From: Bdellovibrionales bacterium
GTDB lineage: Bacteria; Bdellovibrionota; UBA1018
DNA length: 64,000 bases
Assembly (NCBI GenBank): GCA_947380295.1
Contig: CANCQK010000009.1
Location: 37,460-101,459 of the forward strand
Direction of reading: 5' to 3'
Below the pieces are notes generated by a model, which was not told where the DNA came from, searched no databases, and saw nothing but the letters and a program-made list of their open reading frames with translations. Below, piece by piece: positions 37,095 to 45,290 of this stretch. Within the stretch, counting starts at the first letter, position 1; every line of letters starts with the position of its first letter. Both the position numbers and the translations under genes were made by a program.

Positions 37095-37455
37095 TACCTC
37101 ATCTTTGAAGTAGATTTCTTTCAGTAAAAGATAAGAAAGGCTTTTTCCATTAAAGTAAAATCAGAATCGATTTCTTCTATTTTTTGAATTTCTAAGTTTT
37201 TACAGCGTGGACCTTCTAATGAATGGATCATTAAGCCTGCAAAGCAATTAGAAGAAAGCCAAAGATAAAAAGAACAAGCAAAAATATTTTTTTCAAATTG
37301 AGTGGTAGAGTAAGTAGTTTTCATAGACTAAAATAGAATCAATGACCGAACATTTGGTCACTATCACAAAGAGCCTAAACAGAAAACCCCTGGGAGCTTG
37401 CCTATGCAGGAATCTTGCAGGGATGGAGCCCCATGGCGCTTTTTTCCATTCGTTT

Positions 37456-37896
37456 TTACGCGTAATGAAAATCCATCGAGACCTGAACGTCAGGATGTAG
37501 GCTCTTGTGCACTGGGCAGTGATGTGCAGCGTTCTCGAGTTTTTTGCGGTGATCGGGCGAGAGTTCTTTCGCGAGATAAATCTGGACGGGGAGTCGAGCA
37601 ATGCGACGAGGCTGAGGGTTCATTTCTTTTTGAACTTCGGCGCGCGCACCTTCAATTGAAATTCCGTCTCGCTCAGCGACGATTGCCATCGTGGTCAGAA
37701 TACAGCTTACCAGAGCAGCGCCGACGAGGTCTGTGGGGGAAAATCTTTCACCTTTACCTTGATTGTCCTTGGGTGCATCAGTCTCAATTTGAGAACCTGA
37801 CGGACCGTGAACGAGTTCGCAGTGTTTTTCGCCGGTGTATTTGACAGACATTTTTACCATTGTGGGTGCTCCGTGGACTGTAATTACTAGTCCCAA
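37456..37896 (-). CDS. OsmC/Ohr family peroxiredoxin-like protein
   Basis: 146 aa with the OsmC-fold pattern ...SPTDLVGAALVSCILTT...HHCPVHKSL. Confidence 0.8.
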   Translation of the reverse strand: MGLVITVHGAPTMVKMSVKYTGEKHCELVHGPSGSQIETDAPKDNQGKGERFSPTDLVGAALVSCILTTMAIVAERDGISIEGARAEVQKEMNPQPRRIARLPVQIYLAKELSPDHRKKLENAAHHCPVHKSLHPDVQVSMDFHYA

Positions 37897-37984
37897 GGAG
37901 CAATCTAAGACAAGAAGAAAATGAAAAAAACCCTGGCTACAGTGGGGTAGTCAGGGTTTAAATCGGCTAAAATTATTCTAATAA

Positions 37985-38308
37985 TTACTCGCCGTGAACG
38001 ATAGTGCACATATTCCCGTAAAAGCCGCCCACATTAAAGGTGGATGCTTCAACGCTGGATACGGTCTTGATCCCGGCTTCTTTTTTAGCAGTAGCGATGC
38101 TGCTGTCGCCTTGCACAAAAATTCCGAGGAGGTTCGTTACGCACGCTTTACCGGTTTTTGAAGATCCTGCTGCATTGGTCACAGCTAGGGTTTCTGTGGT
38201 GTTGCCGATAAATGCGTAACCCGTTCGGGTGTTCATTCCGGTGGTTGCGCAGCCTGAAAGAGCGATCATTGCAATACTGGAGGCAATCAACAAAGATACG
38301 TGCTTCAT
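37985..38308 (-). CDS. small lipoprotein
   Basis: It has a signal peptide plus lipobox (ALSGC). It is 107 aa and I recognise no domain. Confidence 0.45.
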   Translation of the reverse strand: MKHVSLLIASSIAMIALSGCATTGMNTRTGYAFIGNTTETLAVTNAAGSSKTGKACVTNLLGIFVQGDSSIATAKKEAGIKTVSSVEASTFNVGGFYGNMCTIVHGE

Positions 38309-38423
38309 AGGTATTCCTTAACGATTTGATTACTTATTGTAATCTGTTTTTTAGATTTACTGCTAAGGGTAATGTTACTGAATGAATATTTGAATTTCTA
38401 TAAATTTCTAGTCCAAAAGAATT

Positions 38424-39077
38424 TTACGGACTGGAGGGGGCAAAGCTTTCTGGGGCGCTTTTCTTGCATTCCAGTGTACCGATTGAGTGACTATAGATCC
38501 TCTCGAGGAGAGGGAACTCAGATAAAGAAATTTCATTTCTGAGCGCATTATAGCACTGAGGGATGAGGAATAGATCAGCTAGGGTAACTGTGTCGCCAAT
38601 AGAAAATTTTCCCGCGCTGGTTTGAGCGACGGTTTCGTAGGCTTGAAGCCCTTTTCTAATCCAAAATTGGTTCCACTGGAGCTTTTGAGTTGGATCAGTC
38701 GAAAATTTTTCAACCACATTGGGATTTTGCAAGGGCTGCGTATCTGAATTGATGATCTGTGCGAGTTGCCGAATTCGAGCGCGCTGATAGATGTCCCCGG
38801 TAATTAAAGCAGGTTGCGGGTAGAGCTCCTCTAGAAACTCTAAAATAGCCGTAGATTCAGTCAGCAGCCAAGAATTCTTTTCTTTTTGAAGAACTTCAAG
38901 CACTGGGACGTATCCCAGAGGGTTGCGTTGGAGGTGATCCGGCTGGTCCGACTCATTCGTCAGTAAATTGATCGGTACGAGTTCACACTTAATCCCTTTG
39001 ATGGCTAGTGCCCAGCGGACTCGCCAGCTGCTGGATGATCTCCAGTAGTGGTAGAGCTTGAATTGAGGCCCACTCAA
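38424..39077 (-). CDS. maiA: maleylacetoacetate isomerase / zeta-class glutathione S-transferase
   Basis: LYHYWRSSSSWRVRWALAIKG matches the GST-zeta SSCSWRVRIAL motif. Confidence 0.8.
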   Translation of the reverse strand: MSGPQFKLYHYWRSSSSWRVRWALAIKGIKCELVPINLLTNESDQPDHLQRNPLGYVPVLEVLQKEKNSWLLTESTAILEFLEELYPQPALITGDIYQRARIRQLAQIINSDTQPLQNPNVVEKFSTDPTQKLQWNQFWIRKGLQAYETVAQTSAGKFSIGDTVTLADLFLIPQCYNALRNEISLSEFPLLERIYSHSIGTLECKKSAPESFAPSSP

Positions 39078-40051
39078 ATTTCAGCTCCACAAATTCGATT
39101 CTTGAGTTTCCCTAATGCGTCGACCTCTAGGATGACTTCATCTCCTGGTTTGAGCCAGAGATTATTGGTGATTTTAGAGCCGTTGAGTTCTAATAAACAA
39201 CCTGTGCCGACGGTTCCTGAGCCGATAACTTCGCCTGGGTGCAGAGTGACCCCATAGCTGGCACGCTCGATGATCTGTGCAAAGGTCCAAGTCATATCCT
39301 GAAGATTTCCTTCAGAGAGCTGTTTACCGTTGACGAACGCCTTCATTTTGAGTGAATGGCGCTCTCCGTTTGGGCTGGGGATAGCAAAGTTTTTTAGCTC
39401 ATCGCGTGTGACTAAGATGGGGCCGAGGGAGGTGGCGAAATCTTTACCTTTTGCTGGGCCTAGGTTGAGCTTCATCTCCTCCATTTGGAGGTGGCGGGCT
39501 GACCAGTCGTTCATAATCATGTAGCCAAAAATGCAGTCATCCGCTTGGCTGGCTGCAACATTTCTGCATTCTTTACCGATGACGATGGCAACTTCGAGTT
39601 CGAAATCGAGCTGATTTTGGGCCATTTTTTGAACTGTCACGTCCCCCGGTCCGGTGACTGCAAGGTGATTAGTAAAGTAAAAAGTGGGGAATTGGTCAAA
39701 TTCAGGAATCATTGGCAAGCCACGATTTTTTCGGGCGGCTTCAACATGTTGTCGAAAGGCGTAACCGTCGCGCATCGATACGGGCCGCGGGATCGGGGAA
39801 ATAATTTGGACGGATTCTTCGGGCTGAATCAGTGCTGAGCTGAGTTTGCCTTCTGTGTGGGCTTTGAGAACGGCCTGCAAAAGTGGGATTGCAAGGTCCT
39901 GATTTTCAATGAGTTCAAGGACCGTACTCGGGGTGAATTCTGAGCTCAGTTTGAGCTCCTGAAGTGCTCCAGCTGCGTCTAGGATTTTACCTTGGCTAAA
40001 AAGCCCGACTTTTTGCCGCTTTTTCGAATCCAAATAGGTCACTAGCTTCAC
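39074..40051 (-). CDS. fumarylacetoacetate hydrolase (FAH) family protein
   Basis: It has an FAH-fold C-terminal region. It overlaps maiA by 4 bp. I moved the start to the GTG at 40051 (VKLVTYLD...) so that it avoids the HU terminator hairpin. Confidence 0.75.
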   Translation of the reverse strand: MKLVTYLDSKKRQKVGLFSQGKILDAAGALQELKLSSEFTPSTVLELIENQDLAIPLLQAVLKAHTEGKLSSALIQPEESVQIISPIPRPVSMRDGYAFRQHVEAARKNRGLPMIPEFDQFPTFYFTNHLAVTGPGDVTVQKMAQNQLDFELEVAIVIGKECRNVAASQADDCIFGYMIMNDWSARHLQMEEMKLNLGPAKGKDFATSLGPILVTRDELKNFAIPSPNGERHSLKMKAFVNGKQLSEGNLQDMTWTFAQIIERASYGVTLHPGEVIGSGTVGTGCLLELNGSKITNNLWLKPGDEVILEVDALGKLKNRICGAEI

Positions 40052-40059
40052 GGAAAACC

Positions 40060-40108
40060 CCCCGGAAAATAGGATAGCCACGCCTCTCTCTAAGAGAAAA
40101 AGCGTGGC
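40060..40108 (-). terminator. hairpin terminator downstream of the HU-like gene
   Basis: gccacgc-(18 nt)-gcgtggc at 40077-40108 is followed on the minus strand by a T-rich tract (tatcctattttcc). Confidence 0.5.
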
Positions 40109-40117
40109 ACTCAAAAA

Positions 40118-40471
40118 CTACCAGTTGCGCTTGTTGGCGAAGGTATCTTTCAATGAACGAGGAAATGACCAGCGAGGCTTTTTGGAGGCAGGACGTGCCT
40201 TGATTTCCATGCTATCGCCGGTGAAAGGGTTAACGCCCTTGCCCGCTTTGCGAGCTTTAACTTCTTTACGAACGAGAGCACCGATTACAGGAAATCGGAT
40301 GCGTTCGCCAGATGCAGCTGCCTTGGCGCCGTTGTTAAAGGCTGCTTCAACGCAGGCTTTCAGATCAGACCTTTTGATGCGAACTTGACCTTTACGAGTT
40401 ACTTCAGCAGTTTTCAAAACGCCTTCGTAAACTTCATTGATAAAGGAATATTTTGTTTTTTTCTTAGCCAT
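40118..40471 (-). CDS. HU/IHF-family DNA-binding protein with a C-terminal extension
   Basis: ...RIRFPVIGALVRKEVKARKAGKGVNPFTGDSMEIKARP... is an HU beta-arm signature. I chose the start at the internal Met (MAKKKTKYSF). Confidence 0.7.
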   Translation of the reverse strand: MAKKKTKYSFINEVYEGVLKTAEVTRKGQVRIKRSDLKACVEAAFNNGAKAAASGERIRFPVIGALVRKEVKARKAGKGVNPFTGDSMEIKARPASKKPRWSFPRSLKDTFANKRNW

Positions 40472-40557
40472 TTGATTCTCCTCAAAGTTGGTTTTAAGTT
40501 TAAATTCAAAAGTGATCAAGCTATTTTCTTCAAAAGATACAAGAAAAGGGCTATTTT

Positions 40558-41361
40558 TCAAACGATTTCTTTTGTTGCCACTAATTTCAGCCCGATGCGA
40601 TCGGTGGTTTTTTTGATGATTTTGACCACTTCTTCTGGGTCGTCTGAAACGTGGATGAAGTTAAGTTCTTCCTTTGTTGATGCGCCATTTTTTACAATGG
40701 TATTGTCAAGCCAGTGAGTAAAACCATTCCAATAGTCTTTACCCATTAAAATTACCGGGAAATCGTAGAGTTTTCCTGTTTGGATGAGAGTGACCGCTTC
40801 ACTGAACTCATCTAAAGTTCCCAGGCCTCCAGGCAAAATGACGAACGCGTAGGAGTACTTGATGAGCATGACTTTTCGCACAAAAAAGTAGTAAAAATTG
40901 ACCACCTGATCCAAGTAGCGATTTGGCTTTTGCTCCCGCGGGAGCACAATTGCACAGCCGACGCTCTTTCCATTGACTGATTTTGCGCCTCGGTTGGCTG
41001 CTTCCATGATGCCAGGACCTCCGCCGGTCATGACCGTATAGCCTTCTCGACCGAGGGCTGCGCCAACTTTTAAGCCCAAGTCGTAGTAGGGGTGTCCCTC
41101 ATTGAATCGCGCAGATCCATAAACAGTGACGGCTGGGCCGATGTGATACAGAGCACGTGTGCCGCGGAAAAACTCTGCAAAGATCCGAATGAGACGAATG
41201 AGCTCCTCAGTGCGAGAGTGTCTGCCTGCCAGATATTGAGCTTCTTGGTGTCTCTGACCTTCGAGCAGGGCTAGGCGCTTGACTTGAGAGCGGGGGCGAA
41301 AGACTTCTTTCCATAAGGATATCATCAAGTATTCATCGCATATCCTGCGGTGCTGCGCCAC
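40558..41361 (-). CDS. LOG family protein (cytokinin riboside 5'-monophosphate phosphoribohydrolase-like, TIGR00730)
   Basis: It has GGGPGIMEA and VILPGGLGTLDEFSE motifs. The start may be an internal Met. Confidence 0.85.
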   Translation of the reverse strand: MAQHRRICDEYLMISLWKEVFRPRSQVKRLALLEGQRHQEAQYLAGRHSRTEELIRLIRIFAEFFRGTRALYHIGPAVTVYGSARFNEGHPYYDLGLKVGAALGREGYTVMTGGGPGIMEAANRGAKSVNGKSVGCAIVLPREQKPNRYLDQVVNFYYFFVRKVMLIKYSYAFVILPGGLGTLDEFSEAVTLIQTGKLYDFPVILMGKDYWNGFTHWLDNTIVKNGASTKEELNFIHVSDDPEEVVKIIKKTTDRIGLKLVATKEIV

Positions 41362-41442
41362 TTCTCAAATCAGGGTGTCTCGGGTCCTGATTGTAAGAAA
41401 TATTGGATAAATATCGTCGGAAATGATAAAATCTGCCCCGCT

Positions 41443-43344
41443 ATGAAAGTTTTACTTTTAACGCCTCCCATGACTCAGCTAAACACTCCTTACCCTGCAA
41501 CGGCTTACTTGACCGGTTTTTTAAAAAAGCAGGGTTACTCAGTCTTTCAGGCTGATCCAGCGCTGGAGCTCGTTCTGAGGCTACTTTCCAAAGCCGGGTT
41601 GGGTCAAATTCGCCAACAGATCAACCAGGCGAAGACTCCTAACTTAGCGAAATCGGTAGTCTTTTTTCTAGAGAATGTGGATCAGTATATAGCTACTATT
41701 GAGCCCGTGATTGAGTTCCTGCAAGGGAGAAATCCGAGTCTTGCATTGCGAATTGTGACTCGTGCTTTTTTGCCCGAAGGCGCTAGATTTCTCGCCGTTC
41801 GGGAGGGGATGTCCTCGGACGATCCTGATCCGATGGCTTGGGCGTTTGGATCTCTCGGCGTGCAGGATCGAGCAAAATTCCTCGCAAGTCTCTATATTGA
41901 CGACTTGGCAGATGTCATTCGAGAGGGAATAGATCCCAAGTTTGAGTTCTCTCGCTATGGGGAAAAACTAGCTGCCAGCGTCCCCACTTTTGATCCTTTG
42001 CGATCGGCGCTTTTAGATTCAACTACAATAGTAGATCAAAATTTGGATCTTATTACCGAAGAACTCATTGCCAAGCACCAGCCTGATGTTGTGGGTCTTA
42101 CGGTTCCCTTTCCTGGAAATGTTTACGGAGCTTTTCGAATCGCTAAAAAAATTAGGGAAATTGCTCCTTCAGTTAAGATTCTTATGGGTGGGGGCTACGT
42201 CAACACTGAGCTGCGGCAGCTCTCCGACCCCCGCGTATTTGATTTTGTGGATTTTATCACCTTGGATGATGGTGAAAGACCGATCCTTTGTTTGTTGGAA
42301 CATTTGAAGGGACAACGGCCTTCTGATCAACTGTTTCGAACGTTTCAGCGAGTTGATGGCAAGGTAGTTTTTGTCAGTCACGCATCCCATCATGATATTC
42401 CCCATCGCGATACCGGCACCCCGTCTTATGAAGGTTTACCTTTAGACCGTTACCTATCTATTTTTGAAATGCTCAACCCGACTCATCGAATGTGGTCGGA
42501 TGGACGCTGGAACAAGCTCACTCTTGCTCATGGTTGCTATTGGAAAAAGTGCAGTTTTTGTGACACCAACCTGGATTATATTGGCCGCTATGACCCAGCA
42601 TCCGCAGATCTCCTCGTCGACCGGATTGAGGAAATGATTGCTCAGACGGGAGAGCGGGGATTTCATTTCGTAGATGAGGCTGCACCCCCTGCAGTGCTTC
42701 GAGCTATGGCTGAGAGGCTGATTGCACGTAATGTGGTGATTACCTGGTGGGGGAATTTCCGCTTTGAGAAAGTCTATACCCCCGAACTCACTCAGCTCTT
42801 GGCTCAGTCGGGCTGCGTGGCAATTACTGGAGGATTAGAGGTTGCCTCGGATCGGCTTCTGAAACTCATGAATAAGGGCGTTACCGTTGAACAGGTCGCT
42901 CGCGTGACTCGCGCATTTACCGATGCGGGAGTTATGGTGCATGCCTACTTGATGTACGGCTTTCCTACTCAAACTGTGCAGGAGAGCGTCGATTCTCTGG
43001 AGCGTGTGAGACAACTTTTTGCGATGGGCTGCATTCAGTCTGCCTACTGGCATCGTTTTTCAGTGACCGCTCATAGTGAGATTGGAAAAAATCCTGAAAA
43101 ATTTGGAATTCGAATCTTACCTGAACCTGAGGTGAGCTTTGCCCGTAATGACCTCGCTTTTGAAGACACAACCGGATGCGATCATGACTTCATCGGTGAG
43201 GGACTCCGTAAGGCGATTTACAATTACATGCATGGCGCTGGACTCGATATGGATGTACGAATTTGGTTCGGTAAAAAGGGTTCAAAATTCAGCGTCCCAG
43301 CGCCCAAGGTGCCTCTACGTCTCATTGAGAAGGCTCTTTCTTGA
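41443..43344 (+). CDS. B12-binding-domain radical SAM protein
   Basis: It has an N-terminal MKVLLLTPPM... Rossmann-like B12-binding-type region and a Cys cluster AHGCYWKKCSFCD (C-x4-C-x2-C with the typical SFC ending). I chose the start at the internal Met to avoid overlapping the LOG start. Confidence 0.7.
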   Translation: MKVLLLTPPMTQLNTPYPATAYLTGFLKKQGYSVFQADPALELVLRLLSKAGLGQIRQQINQAKTPNLAKSVVFFLENVDQYIATIEPVIEFLQGRNPSLALRIVTRAFLPEGARFLAVREGMSSDDPDPMAWAFGSLGVQDRAKFLASLYIDDLADVIREGIDPKFEFSRYGEKLAASVPTFDPLRSALLDSTTIVDQNLDLITEELIAKHQPDVVGLTVPFPGNVYGAFRIAKKIREIAPSVKILMGGGYVNTELRQLSDPRVFDFVDFITLDDGERPILCLLEHLKGQRPSDQLFRTFQRVDGKVVFVSHASHHDIPHRDTGTPSYEGLPLDRYLSIFEMLNPTHRMWSDGRWNKLTLAHGCYWKKCSFCDTNLDYIGRYDPASADLLVDRIEEMIAQTGERGFHFVDEAAPPAVLRAMAERLIARNVVITWWGNFRFEKVYTPELTQLLAQSGCVAITGGLEVASDRLLKLMNKGVTVEQVARVTRAFTDAGVMVHAYLMYGFPTQTVQESVDSLERVRQLFAMGCIQSAYWHRFSVTAHSEIGKNPEKFGIRILPEPEVSFARNDLAFEDTTGCDHDFIGEGLRKAIYNYMHGAGLDMDVRIWFGKKGSKFSVPAPKVPLRLIEKALS

Positions 43345-43437
43345 TACGAATTTTGTGTAAAAAATTGAATTATCCTATTATCCTGGTTTAAGTGTGAAGC
43401 AGTAGTGTCGATTGTTCAAAAACTATAAGGGGGAACT

Positions 43438-43806
43438 ATGGGGATTCGTTTGGATCGCATCGCAAGAGCGACTCTTTTTGCGTTGGTTACTTTGACTGCT
43501 TGTTCTACGGCTAAAACTCGAATTTTTCCAAAGGAAGGGGGCAACTACATGATGGTTGCAAGTGGTCCTTCTGAGTCAGACGCCTTTGACGAGTCCCTGA
43601 AGAGGTCTCAAGAGCATTGCGAAAAAATGGGCAAACACTTTGTTATGGTCGATCAAAAGTCTGAATATCAAGGTGCTGATAAGACTACCAAAGCAGTGGC
43701 GAGTGTAGCGAATACGCTCTTATCTGGTGGCAATCACACCTATACCGTTGGGCAGGGTAACACTAATGACGATTATAAAATTACCATGAATTTTAAGTGT
43801 CAATAA
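43438..43806 (+). CDS. small lipoprotein
   Basis: It has a signal peptide plus lipobox (LTAC). It is 122 aa. Confidence 0.45.
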   Translation: MGIRLDRIARATLFALVTLTACSTAKTRIFPKEGGNYMMVASGPSESDAFDESLKRSQEHCEKMGKHFVMVDQKSEYQGADKTTKAVASVANTLLSGGNHTYTVGQGNTNDDYKITMNFKCQ

Positions 43807-43844
43807 CTTGACCTGCTCCGAGCTCTCCTAAAAAAGCCCTCAGC

Positions 43845-44684
43845 CTATTTTCTTAAGCCAATTTCCAGGAGTCGCTGACCCAGATATTCTGCAGCTGTCA
43901 GGCTCGGGCTCAATGGGACGTCCCCTCGAGGATGCAGAAAAAGAGGCAGGGAATATCGAGAGGTCTTCGCTGCTTCGCCGCAAGGGTTGATTACTCGATG
44001 AGTGGTGGATTTGTAGTGCCCGTCTGTAGCGAGTTGGAGCATGTCTCCTGCATTAACAATGATATTGCCTGGTTCACACGGGACAGCAAGCCAGTTGCCC
44101 CGAGTATCCTTGACTTCAAGGCCGGGGGCGGTGGCTGCCGGGAGGAGAGTTATTAAATTAATATCCTCATGAGCTGCAGAGCGCACCGCCCCCGGTTCCA
44201 GATCCTTAGGTAGGGGAGGGTAGTGCAAAATTCGAAAGAGAGTTGATTCGCTCTCTTGGATCATGTCTGAGAGAGGCATTGAAAGTTTTTTTTTCACCTC
44301 TTCCGGGGTTTCCTTTTGGAGCCAGCTCAGGAGTTTCGAGGCCATTTCGATCAGGAGCCATCTGAGTTGGAGAGTTGCAGGACCCACTGACTCGGGGAGA
44401 GGTGTCTTGGTGTAGATTTGAAAAAACTCTTTTAAGTCTTTTGCGGACGAGTCTTTGGCATTTTCAGAGCGAAACGGAAAATAGCCAGACTGATTCGCAG
44501 CGTCAAATCGAAAGTCGAACTTCGATGGACTTTCAAAGAACTTTGCCCAGTCCTGATAGACCGTATCGAGCAGTGATTTTGAGATGCCGTGGGAGCTGAT
44601 GACGGCAAAGCCCGTTTCCCTGAGCGAGCGTGCAAATTCCTGTGGAGCCCCTGGGTCCCGATAGTCAATTTTCTTGATATCCAT
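43845..44684 (-). CDS. 2OG-Fe(II) oxygenase superfamily protein (isopenicillin-N-synthase-like)
   Basis: It has an HxD...H iron-binding triad (AAHEDINLITLL ... HYKSTTHRV). Confidence 0.7.
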   Translation of the reverse strand: MDIKKIDYRDPGAPQEFARSLRETGFAVISSHGISKSLLDTVYQDWAKFFESPSKFDFRFDAANQSGYFPFRSENAKDSSAKDLKEFFQIYTKTPLPESVGPATLQLRWLLIEMASKLLSWLQKETPEEVKKKLSMPLSDMIQESESTLFRILHYPPLPKDLEPGAVRSAAHEDINLITLLPAATAPGLEVKDTRGNWLAVPCEPGNIIVNAGDMLQLATDGHYKSTTHRVINPCGEAAKTSRYSLPLFLHPRGDVPLSPSLTAAEYLGQRLLEIGLRK

Positions 44685-44757
44685 GACGACCTCCTGATGA
44701 GAACTCGATGAGATCCGAATTTTTCATCCATGTAAAGGCTGTTGAATCGGTTTTTGT

Positions 44758-45057
44758 CTAGTTGGCGTTGGACGATTCTTTGACGGCGATTGCTTCTAGA
44801 GCCCTTCGCTTGGATTCTGCTTCGCGAATGGGGCCATTTTTGGTCAGGAACTCTTTTTTTCGGGTGACATTCGTGGTGCGAGCATCGGCGATCAGATCTT
44901 CAATTGCTTTGAGTTCATCCTCGAGTTCCCACTTGGAGAGGAGCATTAAAGAGAGCTCCTCGTGCGTATCAGGGGATTTCATGCTTTCATGGACTTTGAG
45001 TTTATGACGGATCCCCAAAGATCGCTGAATGAGTTCTAATTTTCGATTTTTGTCCAT
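44758..45057 (-). CDS. small coiled-coil protein (DUF465/YdcH-like)
   Basis: It is about 100 aa, charged and helical. The start is at an internal Met. Confidence 0.35.
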   Translation of the reverse strand: MDKNRKLELIQRSLGIRHKLKVHESMKSPDTHEELSLMLLSKWELEDELKAIEDLIADARTTNVTRKKEFLTKNGPIREAESKRRALEAIAVKESSNAN

Positions 45058-45239
45058 ACAGCATCGCTCCACTGAAATTGAATTCACTACCCCAGCGAAC
45101 GATAACTAAAATATTAGGGGTTGTAAACGTCAAAGCTGACGGCCAATGGGGAAGCGCATGCTTCAGAGGTCTTGGATATTTGATCTCAATCGGAAAAGCT
45201 CAAGCGCCCTCAATCCAGTGTTTTTAGAGATTGAGAACC

Positions 45240-45272
45240 TGGCTGCTTGAGCGCAGAGCAATCAAGCAGCCA
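45240..45272 (-). terminator. stem-loop 18 nt downstream of the acnA stop (11-bp stem, no clear U-tract)
   Basis: tgctgcttga-gcgcagagcaa-tcaagcagca. Confidence 0.4.
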
Positions 45273-45290
45273 AGTTTCTTCATTTAGGAA

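Noticed and set aside
41350-41442. Upstream in-frame extension of the radical-SAM ORF that overlaps the divergent LOG start
   Set aside because: Two divergent genes cannot share their start regions. The internal Met (MKVLLLTPPM) gives a typical B12-domain N-terminus.
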